A DNA stretch of 64,000 nt from Chiloscyllium plagiosum (GCF_004010195.1 NC_057731.1:43057084-43121083), one strand, 5' to 3'. Numbered from the stretch's first letter, positions 50,120 through 63,697 are shown. The notes: generated by a model from the sequence alone, not told the origin. Program-made: numbers and translations.

Positions 50120-52640
50120 AATTGACTGTATGGGTGTAAGCATCAGTGGTAAGCCCAATATTTAATGCCCATCTCTAAATGCCCTCGAGAAGGTCACCTT
50201 TTTACATAAAAACAAACGTAGTAGGAAACTCAGCCCCTTGAGCCTGCTCCATCATTCAATAGGATCACAGCTGATCTCATCTCAGCCTCCAATTCCACTG
50301 TCCTGCCCACTCATTGTAACCTTCAACCATGTACTAATTAAAAATCTGTCTATCTCCTCTTTAAATTTACTCAACGTCCTGCCATGCACTGCACTCTGAA
50401 GTAGCGATTCCATAGATTCATGACACTTTGAGAGAAGTAATTTCTCCTCATCTCTGCCTCAAGTCTTTTTTAATTCACTCTTGGGATGTGGGTGTCATTG
50501 GCTGGCTAGCATTTATTACCCATCCCCAGCTACATTTGAGAGAGAAGGTGGTGAGCTGCCTTCTTGAAATATTGCAGTCCAGATGCTATAGATTGACCCT
50601 TAGGTAAGGAATTCCAGGATTTTGACCCAGCGACAGTGAAGGAATATGATATATTTCCAAGTCAGGATGTGAGTGGCTTGAAAGGGAACTTGTAGCTGGT
50701 GACGTTCCTATGTATCTGCTGCCCTTGTTCTTGTAGGTGGAAGTAGTTGACTGCTTGAAAGGAGCAATTTAAGGATCTTTGGTGAATTTCTGCAGCGTAT
50801 CTTGTAGATAGCGCACACTACTGCTACTGACCATCGGTGGAGGAGGGTGTTGGTGCTTGTGGATGATGTGTCAATCAAATGGGCTTTGTCCTGAATAGTG
50901 TCAAATGTGTTGAGTGTTGTTGGAGCTGCACCCATTCAGGCAAGTGGACAGTATTCTATCACACTCTTGATTTATGCCCTATCGATCTGCTACCCCTTAT
51001 CCTAAAACTATGACCTCTCATTCTAGAGTGTCTCACAGGAAATATCCTCTCTATATCTACTTTGTCAATTTCCTGTAGCATTTTATATACCGCAATTAGA
51101 TCACCTCTCATTCTTCTAAATTCTGCAGAGTATAGACTTAAACTGCTCAATCTGTCTTTCTAAGCCCAATCTTTCATCTGTTCTTATTCTTTAACTATTG
51201 CAGTCCATCTGGTACACCAACACAACCATCCAAGATTTTAAGCCAATAGTATAGGAGCAGTGAAATTGTTCTAAGTCAGAACTCTGAAGCTTAGTGGAGA
51301 TATTCACTTTGGCATCCCAAGTGTCTGCTGCCCTTGTCCTTCTGTAGTAGAGGCTATGGAGCTGAAAGGAGCCTCGATGAGTTGCGATTGTGAAACTTAT
51401 ATACTGTGTATTTTGGGGTCACCAAGCACTAGTAATGGAAGAAATAAACATTTAAGGTGGTGGATGGTCCTGAGCAAGCTCTTTACATCATCCTATATTG
51501 GTATTCAGTTTCTTGAGTCTTGTTGAACAGGCAAGTGAAGAGTATTGCATTACAATCCTGATCTGTGCCTAGTATATGGTGGACAATGTTTGAAGAGCTA
51601 GGTGGTGAACTACTCACAGCTAAATTTCCTGTCTCTGACCTCCTCTTGCACCTGTAGTATTTACATAGCTGGTCCAGTTCACCCCCTGGCTCAAAGGCAG
51701 CACCCTGACACATTGCTGAATCCCCTACAGTCAATGATAGTGCCCTAGAAGGCCAAAAGAGGAGGATTAAATGTTGTCCTGCTGGAAATGGTTACTGTCT
51801 GGCATTGTGGGATGCAAAAGTTATTTGCCACTTAACACCACAAACATGAATGTAGTCAGGGCTTGCTGCATCTAAGCTTACCTTACTTATACAACCGAAG
51901 AATTGCTAATGGTACTGATTTGTGATGGAAGAATATTATTGATGAAGCAGGTGAAGTTAGCTGGACCCAGGATAATACCCTGTGAAATGCCTGCAGCAAT
52001 ACCCTAGGACTGAAACGAGTGACCCCAATAAACATGTTCTTTGTGCTTGGTATGGCTCCAAGCAGTAGACAGTTTTCTATCTAATTACCACCAATTCCAA
52101 TTTTAATAAGGAACCTTGATAATACACACCATCAAATACTGCTTTGATGTTAAAAGCAGGCATTCTCAATTCACCTCTTGGATTTAATCAATTATCTCAG
52201 CCATAATGAAGCCAGGAGCCAAGTAGCCCTGGCAGAACTCAAAATGAACATCAGTGAGCAGGTTACTGCTGAGTTCCACTTAATAGCACTGACAATGACA
52301 TCTTCTGTCATTTTGCTTATAATTGAGAACAGACCACTGGGATAGTGATGCTGGAGTCCATCAAAAGCAGACCGAGATAGACCATCCATTCGGTGTTTCT
52401 TATGAAGATGGTTGCAAATGCTTCAATTTTTTTTAAAAATCACTGATGTGTTGGGTTTGCCCATCACTGACGACAATTTGTGAACCATTTCCTCCTATTC
52501 TTAATTGCCCACCACTATTTCAAGACTGGGTGTGGCAGGACAGCAGAGTTTTGATCTGATCCTCATGTTATGGATTTAGCTCAGCCACATATTGCACCCA
52601 CTGTGAGCATGTAGATTGCACTATAGCTTTATCAAGTTGC
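50120..52640 (-). mobile_element. Nested minus-strand LINE fragments (CR1 3' end plus L2/CR1-group elements)
   Basis: EFRRMRGDLIAVYKML (50959-51150) and AAPTTLNTFDTIQDKA..LLHRWSVAVVCAIYKI (50708-50935), plus a degenerate continuation. Confidence 0.7.
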
Positions 52641-53295
52641 CACCTCAAAGTATGACAACATTTACAGGAAGCTCCTGGGAGTGTGACATTTGCAGAGGTT
52701 CACTAGGATTGCCATTTTTCGCAACCTGTACCCGTAACTCATGAGTGCACCAAACCTCTTATGAGCTTTAGTTTTTAAGACCAGAATACATTACCAATTG
52801 TAAGAGATTCTTCCTGTGAAAAGGTGAGTCAAAAATAAGTTTGAAAGCACAGTTGTGGATAACAATAGTACATCTGAGTCTGGGTCACCACTCACAGAAA
52901 ATGTGTGTTTTAAGCAAGGTTACTGAAAAAAGAGGGAATTTTTAATGAGTGGTCTATTATCGCCAGAGTAAATACATGGGCACAGGATCAAATGGGAAGG
53001 AAACTGACTAAAAAAAACTTTTCACTCTGTTTTTGACCTTTCAGTCACTGCTATCATGGTTGAACTGGGTCTCAATTTCAATCATATTTTGCTGCTGACC
53101 ATCATGCATTATTAGGGAACAGGTTCCTCTTATTGCAGAAAGGAACATACTTCATTTCTTCTCAGGTCAACAAGTGATTTCATAACATCAAATTTAATTT
53201 CAGTACTTTTTTTCATATGCAGCAGCAAGGAAGGATCCTGGCAATTCTCAATATTTAAGATATTGAGAAATTTGCCAAAATAATTCTTCCATTAA

Positions 53296-53592
53296 GTACT
53301 GCCTCACAGCGCCAGAGACTCAGGTTCAATTCCCGCCTCAGATGACTGACTGTGTGGAGTTTGCACATTCTCCCAATGTCTGCATGGGTTTCCTCCGGGT
53401 GCTCCAGTTTCCTCCCACAGTCCAAAAATGTGCAGGTTAGGTGAATTTGCCTTGCTAAATTGCCCGTAGTGTTAGGTGAAGGGGTAAATGTAGGGGAATG
53501 GGTCTGGGTGGGTTGCGCTTTGGCGGGTCGGTGTGGACTTGTTGGGCCGAAGGGTCTGTTTCCACACTAAGTAATCTAATCTAATCTAATCT
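53296..53592 (+). mobile_element. HE1-like V-SINE with (TAATC)n tail
   Basis: CTGCCTCACAGCGCCAGAGAC..GGTTCAATTCCC head, V-domain and GGGTCTGTTTCCACACT..TAATCTAATCTAATCT tail. Confidence 0.88.
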
Positions 53593-54446
53593 CAGAGTGG
53601 ATAAACAGCTGGGTGTGCATTTAATTAAGATCAGATAGCCTTCTGCACTTACTCTCCAGAGAACATTTACACATGCACATAGGCAGAAGCTTAAATCATT
53701 AATGAGCGCATTCAATAACAAAACTCAATGAGAAAAAGCCAGTACAAGCAGAAACAGTATACCAATGTAACAGGTATATAACTAGACCTATGCCTGAAAG
53801 GATAACCATTAGTCCAACTTCCTCAATACAACTCAGAAACGCAGAAAGAGGAGGAGTAGGTCATTCAATATGATCACTGCTTATCATCCTACTCAGTCCC
53901 CTGACCCACTTTCACCCCATACCTTTTGAACCCTTTAACCTGAAGTAGGGTATCTAATTCCGTCTTGAAAATAGTCAATGTTTTGGTCTCAACTGTGGCA
54001 GAGAATTCCATAGGTTCACCACTCTCTGCATGATGAAATTTCTCCTCATCTCAGTTTCAATGGCCTCTAACCTAAATAGTCTTCAACAACATCCTTGCTG
54101 CATTTACCCTGTTTAGTGCTGTTAAAACTTTAAGGTTTCCAGAAGATCCCTACCCCCCCAACTCATGCCCACACCCCCACCCTATTTTTCTGAACTGCAG
54201 TGAATATTGTTCCAACCAATCCAGTCTGTGATCATACATGTGTCATGCCACCCCAGGCTGAGAGAGAATTCATGCATTTCACACTATGTATTCAATTTCA
54301 GATATTGATACAACCTAAAAGTACAATAGACAGCTACTTGAAAACTAAGATGCCTGTGTATTTCATACTTACAGTCTCGTATAAAGCTAAAAAAACTGAA
54401 ATTGCACACTGTGAATTGAAAGTAGGAGAAATTTTAACACAGAAGT

Positions 54447-54870
54447 TGTTGTGGTTCTGTTCGCCGAGCTGGGAATTTGTGTTGCAGACGTTTCGTCCCC
54501 TGTCTTGGTGACATCCTCAGTGCTTGGGAGCCTCCTGTGAAGCGCTTCTGTGATCTTTCCTCCGACATTTGTAGTGGTTTGAATCTGCCGCTTCTGGTTG
54601 TCAATTCCAGCTGCCCGCTGCAGTGGTCGGTATATTGGGTCCAGGTCGATGTGCTTATTGATTGAATCTGTGGATGAGTGCCATGCCTCTAGGAATTCCC
54701 TGGCTGTTCTCTGTTTGGCTTGTCCTATAATAGTAGTGTTGTCCCAGTCGAATTCATGTTGTTTGTCATCTGCATGTGTGGCGACTAAGGATAGCTGGTC
54801 GTGTCATTTCGTGGCTAGTTGGTGTTCATGGATGCGGATCGTTAGCTGTCTTCCTGTTTGTACTTAGGAC
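54447..54870 (-). mobile_element. Penelope-like (Poseidon-type) 3' fragment: GIY-YIG C-terminus plus hammerhead end
   Basis: Minus strand translates QTGRQLTIRIHEHQLATK*HDQLSLVATHADDKQHEFDWDNTTIIGQAKQRTAREFLEAWHS..INKHIDLDPIY. Flanks TTTTAACACAGAAGT (54432-54446) and TTTTAATACAGAAGT (54871-54885). Confidence 0.88.
54484..54523 (-). ncRNA. Minimal type I hammerhead ribozyme motif, intact core
   Basis: GCA-CTGAGGA-T-GTCACC-AAGACA-GGGGAC-GAAA-CG-TC|TGC. Stem I is GCA/TGC, stem II is GTC.CC/GG.GAC, stem III is the ACGT palindrome and the cleavage triplet is GUC. Confidence 0.75.
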
Positions 54871-56374
54871 TTTTAATACAGAAGTCACTAGGCTGAATGA
54901 TAATTCAGGTATTATGGCAAGCACACGCCCTTACCCTACTTGGAAGCTCTTTCCTGTTTTTCTGGAATCTCTGCTGCTTCTCCTTTCTGGTCATATGCCA
55001 GCCTAATGGATTGAATTCTGCTCCCCTTCTCCCAGCTCTTGGTTGCCCAGTCCAATGGGATGCTGGCAAAAGTAGTTTTACGAGCAGCTAGATGGTAGGG
55101 ACAGAGGCAATAGCTAGGGAGTCGTATCAACATGGCTTTCCAACCCAGTCATATTGCCAGTGTTTTCCTATTTGAATGGGTAATTACCCAATTCTCACCA
55201 ATTTTCACATGCTACTGGCAATGTATTTCAGCCAAAGCCAAAACTTCAGTACATAGGGAAGGATTTGTCAGCAGCAGATGATGCTTCTATATTCCCAGTT
55301 CTGATTCTCATTCTGAGAATGCCCTTGCGTTTTCCTTGCTGCCTCAGCACCCTGCTGTAGTATTGCTGAAGTTCCAGAGTTGACAGACGTCTAATCGGGT
55401 CAGCAAGTTGTCTTGCCCACTGTCCTTAACGCCATCGCCCTTGACAGCCAGGTTCAAGTTATCAACTCCTGGCAATATTATCCAAATGTACTTGCAACCC
55501 AAAAACCATACAAATAAAAGCTCCAGAGCAAATCTCATCCCATAGTTATAAATGCCTCTCCAGCTACAGATCACTCTCCTCTTCCACTCCAATCAGTTTC
55601 CTGGCTGTGAACATTAGTTGAACAACACTTTTCCCTAAAACAATTTCTGGAAGCCTTATAAATCGGCAATTTTATTTCTTTAGAGTTATCTGAGGAACAA
55701 AAAGGTTATCTTAACTGGGAACATATGTGATACTGCCTCCTAACTAAAATTCATGCTGGACCTTGACTTTAGTAGGTGATACAATTTCATTCAAACAGTG
55801 ATGATTGCTTCTGAAGCAGGGCTTCAAAGTATAGTAATTGAAAATAGCTTCAGCATTGGATGTTGTATTGGGAAACTCATCACCCACTCTAATGCTTATG
55901 ATCAGGATTTTCCAGTTCAGATCTTCTTGTGGGTCCAATATTTATTTTAAAATGGTTTAGCACCACTTCAGTTACATTGTTTCCATAATTATCTTATTTC
56001 TTAACCATTTATTAAAAACTTGCAGGTGTTCTAAGCACAAGTCCTACATTTCAGTTGCTCAATTCAAACTCTGAAAAATATGCACTTAATCCAGAGCCCT
56101 CATGGATTAGTCTGTGTGCTTCTGAAAATTCTATCAGAATCTGCTGTAACACCTTCCTCTGTTGCCCTGGACCTGACAGCAAATTTAGTATCAAACTACT
56201 GCTCAACAAATTAAATACAACATAAACAGAAATATATACCAATAAAACAATGCAACACTGCAATTTTTCAACCACACCCATTTAAGTCTAGGATCAGTAA
56301 CAATGGAGCAGAAGACACTTTACATGACCTAATTATGGATGGAGTGCAGTGACAGAAAAGGCACAGCCAAAGAA

Positions 56375-56655
56375 TGAAGGGATGACCATTTAAAACTGAG
56401 AAGAAGAAGAAATTCTTCAGTCAGAGAGTATGAATCTGTGGAATCATTGCTGGAGAACACTATGGAGGCCAGCTCATTGAGTGTCTTTAAAACAGAGATA
56501 GCTAGGTTCTTGATTGTAGGGGGGGATTAACAATACAGGGAGAAGATTGGAGAATGGGGCTGAGAAACATATTGGCCATGATTGAATAGTGGAGCAGACT
56601 CAATGGGTCAAATGACCTAATTCTGTTCCTATATCTCATTGTCTATGGTCTAATA
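56375..56655 (+). mobile_element. CR1-type LINE 3' fragment
   Basis: TTTAAAACTGAG..GAATCTGTGGAATC..AAATGACCTAATTCTGTTCCTAT..TATGGTCT tail. Confidence 0.75.
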
Positions 56656-58396
56656 CTATAAGATCAGCTCAGAGGTGAGTAAATGTGAACACAACTGCTG
56701 GTATTTGCAGCACTTTACAGTTGTATTCTTCATCTGCTGCAATTTATTTTTCTTTAAGGATGAAGATTATGCCGATAATGTGAACTGAAAAGAAATAGGA
56801 GAAGGCTTGTGCAGAGAATAAACACCAGCAAAGCCAGAGGTTTATTCCTGTGCCGTGCATTCTGGTGATTTGTGATTTCTGTTTCATTTTTCATTCAGTA
56901 TGGGAGGAGGTTGGGCAGTTGGAACAAGTCTATATAAGCAGTTACTAGCTGGAAAGGGTCTAGCAAGAGAACTCCAAACAGAAAACCACCATCAGGAGTG
57001 GTAACATGATTAGGAAGTGATGGCTTCATACAAGCTTCTGAGCAGCAATTAAGCGAGTCGAGTATCTTGGTGAAAAGGACCTTGCACGACTGCAGGCAGA
57101 TAGATACAGAGGCACTAATCGGTTAGACTGAATAACGTGAGAGATACGATTTGAGTTCCACACATCCGTAGAAACCAATCATTATAGAACATGCTATCAA
57201 AAACTATTACACCATCAATGTTTCTTCCTTATACAGTAAAGAATTAACAAAAAAAGCCAAAAGAATCAATGGAAATCATAAATTTGCTGCAAGTCCACGA
57301 GATAAAGACAGGGTAGATTGTGCGAATCTTTTCCCAATGGTTGACATGCCTAAGACCAGATTGCATAAGTTTAAGATGAGGAGTAATTGATTTAGAGAGG
57401 ATCTGAGGGAAGTCATTTGTTTTTATTCATTCACAGGATAATGTGCATCGTTGGCCAGGTCAGCATTTATTGCCCATCCTGAAGTTAAGTGTCAACTATA
57501 TAGGAGCGGCAGATGGAGCTTAATTTAGATAAGCGTGAGGTGCTTGTTGATCATTGACATGGTGGGCCTAAGGGCCTATTTCTATGCTGTATTGTTAGGT
57601 TCTTTTTCCAAAGATCCTTACACACTTGATGCAACTTCAACATGCCAACTTCTGTGAACAATCAAAAATTAATTAAGTGCAGTACAGTATTAATCTTCTG
57701 AAGAAACCTTTAACACACACTTTACAGGGCTTGCAGAGTTGTGTCAAAGATCTCTCTGAACAAAGAAAACAGTTCTTCCTTTATTCAAAATCTTTACATC
57801 ACAGTCAGTAATGCCCACAAGACAACCCCTAGCCATCCTCCCAGTCACATGCCCCTCTAGACACAATGCAGTGACCACATCATTTTCAGAAACAACAAAA
57901 TGTAAATCATCCCTTAATGGTCAAATCTGTTATGAATTGTTTTTAAACCATAGGGAGTCGTCAAAACTCCAACTGTAATGTTCTTATTGATTTCTGAATA
58001 GAATGATGATGCAGATATAAATTATCTCTGAATAATAGGAGATGGCCATGTAAATGACTCTGAATGGCAAGGGATGGGAATGTAAATTCTTTACATTCTA
58101 CCTGTAGAACATAGACATCCCACCCTAGCCTCGAAACATCCAATTTCCTGCAGATCAGCAAAGCAAATTAACTCTTTAATATCACAGTATGACTCTATGT
58201 AAAATACTGAAAAACGATCCAGACAAATTGGACTCAATTAAGTGTATACTGGTATCCAATGACAGGCCCCATTTTCTCCACCACAAATTCACACACACCC
58301 TGCTAAGTCTTGGGAATCACAGCAAACTCCAGTTTTACAACAGTATTTTGTCAATTGGCTGAAGTATACCAGTCAGAAGAGGAAACTCCCCAGTAT

Positions 58397-58698
58397 GGCC
58401 ACACAGTGGCTAGTAGTTAGCACTGCTGCCTCAGAGAGCCAGGGACACAGGTTCAATTCCAGTCTTGGGTGACTGTGTGGAGGTTGCACATCCTCCCAGT
58501 GTCTGTGTGGGTTTCCTCCCACAGTCCCAATATGCGCAATTTAGGTGAACTGGCCAAGCTAAACTGCCCATAGTGTTCAGGGATACGTAGGTTAGGTGCA
58601 TTAGTTAGGGGAATGGGTCTGGGTGGGATCCTCTTCGGAGGGTTGGTGTAGATTTGTTGGGCCAAATGGCCTGTTTCCACACTTTAGGGATTCTATAT
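58397..58698 (+). mobile_element. HE1-like V-SINE
   Basis: GTGGCTAGTAGTTAGCACTGCTGCCTCA..GGTTCAATTCC head, shortened V-domain and GGCCTGTTTCCACACT..GGGATTCTAT tail. Confidence 0.85.
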
Positions 58699-59289
58699 TT
58701 TGTCCTCACAAATGGATACCATGGTTCACTAAAATATTCATACTGGCAACCCATCTGGGTTCAGTAAACCTGGCATAACCCAAAAATCTTCCTAGTTACC
58801 GGATTATCTCCCTGAATAGAACACTTGAGCTCGTCTAATCTGGCATTACTGATATTAGCTGGAGCAACATGAGAGATAACATGTAATTATAATACCACAT
58901 TTAAGTCATGTCTTCAATCACAGCCCAGTATACTATGCACCATATTCCTGCTGTACACCATGTATCGAAGCTTGTGAACCTTACATTGACGAAAAATGCA
59001 TAACAAGTCACATATATACATCAAAATGAACAATGCATCAGAGGCTTTAAAAAAATACAGCTTTGTTAATTACAAGATATCAACTGTCAATTTATAGCAT
59101 ATGCAGTACAAGTAACCTTACTATATAGCAAAGGTAGCTGTCTAATCCAGGAATTAGTAGTCCCATACCACTATTTGATGATGAGCAGTATGTTTTCCCA
59201 TCCTCTTGGTAAACATTCTGTCCATGATTTTAAAATAAAAGGTCAGTTTCTCATTTACCTTGGTGTTGTTTGTGGACACTTGCTGTTTA

Positions 59290-60630
59290 ATAGCCTTCAT
59301 CCTAGGATCTTAACAGAAGCGTCCGGACAGTTTGCTGATGCATTTGTTTTAATTTTCCAAAATTCCTTACACCAGTAGGTTCCATTAGATAAGAAAATAG
59401 TGAATACAACACCTTTATCTTAAAAGGGAGGAAGATATAAAGCAGAAAACAACAGGCTGGTTTATCTTAACATCTGTCACAGGAAATGTAACTAATGTTG
59501 TGTCAGGGTGTTTAGAGAAATTCAAGGTAATCAGGCAGAGTCAACATGGTTCTGCGAAAGAGAAACAAATTTAATCAATTTAATGGAGATTTCTGAAATA
59601 GTAGTGTACTGTGGATGAAAATGAACTGATGTTAACATTAATGTATGTTAATTTCCAGGTGCCACAAAGGTCACTACAGAATACAAAACCACAAGATGCA
59701 GGGGGTTACACCAGCATGGACAGAAGCTAAGCTAATAGGAAACTGAGAGTAAGCATAGATGGAGCAATTTCTGGTTAGCAAAATGCAACAAGGCGTATAC
59801 TACAGGGATCAATGCTGGGACCTCAACTTTTGACTATTTACATTAGTTGGTTGGATGAAGAGACCAAAGGTATTGCTGCTGATAACAAAGATAGGATAGG
59901 AAAATGAAATTGTGAAAAGGACATATGAGGTTACATAGGGACATAAAATAGGCTAAGCGAGTGGGCAAAGGAGCATAACGTTGGAAAATGTCCATTTTGG
60001 CAGGAAGAGTAAAATAAAATGCTTCTAATTAGTGAGAGTTTGCAGAGCCCTAAGATGCAGAGAAATCTGGCTGGGCTACAGCATGAATTATAAATGGGTA
60101 GCATTCAGGTACAGAAAGCAATTGGGAAAATAAAGTTAAAAATTACACAAAACCAGATTATAATCCACCAGATTTATTTGGAAGCACTAGCTTTCAAGGT
60201 GCTGCCTCTTCATCAGGTGGTTTGCAGCAGGACCAGGTGGTGTCTTCTGATCCTGCTCCACAACCACCTGATGAAGAGGTAGTGCCTCAAAAGCTAGTGC
60301 TTCCAAATAAATCTGTTGGACTATAACCGAGTGTTGTGTGACTTTTAACTTGTCCACACCAGTCCTCCAAATCGGGAAATCAACACGATGTTATAATTTA
60401 AAGTGAGCAGAATTGAATACAAAAGTAGAGAGCTTATGGTTCAGTTATACACGGCATTAATGAGGCCACATCTCAATTATTGGTTTCCTTATTTAAAGAA
60501 CATTGTAATTGTAATGGGAGTAGTTCACAGAGGTTTACTGGACTAAAACTGGAATGGATGGGTTGTCTTATGAGGAAAAGTTGGACAGGTTAGACGTCTA
60601 TCCACTGGAGTTCAGAAGAGTTAAAAGGAT
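59290..60630 (+). mobile_element. Old CR1 LINE fragment hosting a hammerhead palindrome
   Basis: CATCCTAGGATCTTAACAGAAG, AGTCAACATGGTT, CAGGGATCAATGCTGGGACC and GGAGTTCAGAAGA segments. Confidence 0.7.
60133..60372. mobile_element. Head-to-head palindromic PLE element with two hammerhead motifs (AAGCT-type family)
   Basis: Minus strand CAC-CTGATGA-A-GAGGCAGCACCTT-GAAA-GCTA-GTG and plus strand CAC-CTGATGA-A-GAGGTAGTGCCTC-AAAA-GCTA-GTG. The hairpin spans about 220 bp. Confidence 0.85.
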
Positions 60631-60639
60631 ACTTGAGTG

Positions 60640-62860
60640 ATTGCTACAATCTATGTGTTTGATGGTACATGTTGTTAAATTGGTGGCAAAATGAATGAAC
60701 TTGAAGCTAGTGTATGGGATACCAATCAGGCAGGCCTGGAAGATGGTGTGTTCTTGAGTATTGTTGGAGCTGTCCTTCTCCAGGCAAAGGTAGAGTATTC
60801 CAGCATGCTCCTGTCTAGTATTGGGGAGGTGTGCTCCTGACCACTGAATTCCAAGCTTCTAACCTGGTCTTCCAGCTACAGTACGGCTGGTTGCGTTCAG
60901 TTTCTGGTCAATAGTAACACCCAGGAGGCTAGTGGGGGAATTTGTGATGGCAATTTAATTGAATGTCAAGAGAAGATGTTTCGATTCTTGCTTATTGGTG
61001 ATGGTCAATGCTTGGTACTTAAGTGCTGCTAATGTTACTTGACATCTATCAGCTCAAGTCTGGATATTGTCTAGGTCTGCTGAACCTGGATATGAATTGC
61101 TTCAGTACCTGAGAGGATGTGAATGGTGCTCAACACTGTGCAATCATCATTGAACATGCCATTTCTGACTTTATGACAGCAAGAAGGTCACTGATGAAAC
61201 AGGTGAAGATTACTTCCTGGGACACTATCTTAAGGAACCTTTTAGATGTCCCACAACTGCAACCATCTACCTTTGGGCTAGGTATGATTTTAAGCAATAG
61301 AGAGCAAGAGCAATAGAGGTATGATTTTAAGCAATTTTCCTAAGTCCAATAGACTCTAATTTTGCTTGGGCTCCTAGATACCAAAATCAGCCAAATGCTG
61401 CCTTGATGTCAAGGGATCCACTCTTGTCTCACTTACAGAATTCAGCTCTTTAGTCCATGTTTGAAAGAAGGCTGTAACGAAGTCCGGAACTGAGTGAACA
61501 TGGTGGCACCCCAAACTGAGAGTTCGTGATCAGTGATCATTATTGCTGAACAAGGACCACTAGATAGCACTGTTAATAACACCTTCCATCACTTTGCTGA
61601 ACTGGTTGGACTGGATTTATCCTGCTTCTTGTGGAAAGAGTTTAATTGGGCAATTTATGATATTGTAATCCATTCAGACCCATTAGCCTTAAGAAAATAA
61701 GGGTGATCTAATAGTGGCCTCAACGCCACGTTCCCACTTTAATCCGATAACCACTGACTCTTGTTATTCAACAATCTATCTACTTCTGCCTTAACTGTAC
61801 TTAATGGTGTTACCTTCACTGCTCTCTAGGGAAGACAGTTCCAAAGATTCTCAACCATTGAACCTCTTGAGAGAATTCCTTCTCATCACCACATTAAATG
61901 AGATACTCACAAATGTTCCCAAATATTAGATTTTCCTTCAAGAGAAGTCTTACTGACTTCCTGAGGGTGGTTCAGCAGTAACATGGAAATGAGGAGGAAG
62001 AGTAAACCTTTTGGCCCTTTGATCACAGCTGGTCTTCCATCTCAATGCCTTCTTCCCAAACCCTTAATGCCTTCCAAAATTAAACATTCGTCTTTTCCTT
62101 TAACATATTCAGTGACTTGGCTTCCACAGCCTTCTGTAGAAGAGAATTCCACAGGTTCACTACCCTTCAGGTGAAGAGGATTTTCCTCATCTCAGTCTAA
62201 AATGGTCACCTCGTATCCTGAGATTGTATCCCCTGGTTCTAGACTCTCTAGGGAAAATATCCTCCCTTCCTCAATTCTCTCCAGCCCTGTTTGAACTTTA
62301 CACTTTTGAATCAGCTCTCCTCTCATCCTTCTAAACTCTAGTGAATATATGCCGTTTAGAACAATCTCTCCTCGTAGCATAGTCACGCCATCACAAGTAA
62401 CAACCCAGTGAACCTTTGCTGCACTCCCTCGAAGGCAAGAAGACCCTTTCTTATGTAAGACGACCAAAACTGCACACAATACTCCAGGTGTGATTTCACC
62501 AAAGTCCTGTATAACTGCAGTAAGACATCCCTACTTCTGAACTCAATTCCACTTGTAATAAAATATATGCCTTCCTAATTGCTTGATACATCTACATGTC
62601 TACATTCATCAACTATTGTACAAGGACATCCAGATCCCTTTGTATATCCACACTTCTCATTTCACCATTTAAATAATACCCATCATTTCTACATTTCATA
62701 CTGGTGTATAACTTGAACCATGCTGTACTACATGTGTTTGCCCACTCAAGTCGACTTGCTTAAATTTAGAAGCCTCTTTGCATCCTCCTTCAATTCACAA
62801 TCCCAACTAGTTTTATGTCATTAGCAATCTGGAAATGTTTCAGTTGGTTCCCTCATCATA
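60640..62860 (-). mobile_element. Series of old minus-strand LINE fragments (L2/CR1 group and CR1)
   Basis: YSLEFRRMRGELIQKCK (62192-62479), plus segments shared with 23950-24510 and 51500-52400. Confidence 0.65.
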
Positions 62861-62871
62861 TACATATACAG

Positions 62872-63389
62872 TCAGAGTCATAGAGATGTACAGCATGGAA
62901 ACAGACCCTCCGGTCCAATCCGTCCATGCCGACCAGATATCCCAACCCAAACCAGTCCCACCTGCCAGCACCCGGCCCATGTCCCTCCAAACCCTTCCTA
63001 TTCATATGCCCATCCAAATGCCTCTTAAATGTTGCAATTGTACCAGCCTCCACCATTTTCTCTGACAGCTCATTCCATACACGCACCACCCCCTGCGTGA
63101 AAAAATTGCCCCTAAGATCTCTTTTATATCTTTCCCCTCTCACCCTAAACCTATGCCCTCTAGTTCTGGACTCCCCGATCCCAGGGAAATTACTTTGTCT
63201 ATTTATCCTATCCAAGCCCCTCATAATTTTGTAAACCTCTATAAGGTCACCCCTCAGCCTCCGACACACATCTTTCCGATAGGAAGGAGATCAGATTTGC
63301 ACGCAATATTCCAACAGTGGCCTAACCAATGTCCTGTACAGCCGCAACACGACCTCCCAACTCCTGTACTCAATACTCTGACCAATAAA
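62872..63389 (-). mobile_element. Young CR1 LINE 3' fragment
   Basis: RRLRGDLIEVYKIMRGLDRINRQ..RGERYKRDLRGNFFTQGVVRVWNEL and an intact tail. Confidence 0.92.
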
Positions 63390-63697
63390 GTATATATATT
63401 ACATATATATGTTTATATATAACATAGATTGATCAGGAAATGACAATGAGAAGAGGGATGGTTAATACAGGACTGAAGGTGTTATATCTGAATGCACGCA
63501 GAATAAGGAGTAAGGTAAACCGCAACACGACCTCCCAACTCCTGTACTCAATACTCTGGCCAATAAAGTATATATATTACATATATATGTTTATATATAA
63601 CATAGACTGATCAGGAAATGACAATGAGAAGAGGGATGGTTAATACAGGACTGAAGGTGTTATATCTGAATGCACGCAGAATAAGGAGTAAGGTAAA
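63342..63697. repeat. 178-bp direct tandem duplication
   Basis: 63342-63519 vs 63520-63697, two mismatches seen. Confidence 0.9.

Noticed and set aside
56120-56150. QQILIEFS with cagATTCTGATAGA, resembling the start of SLK exon 3
   Set aside because: The match is about 14 nt and then diverges, with no GGAVDAVML and no donor. It also lies upstream of exon 2. Likely coincidence.
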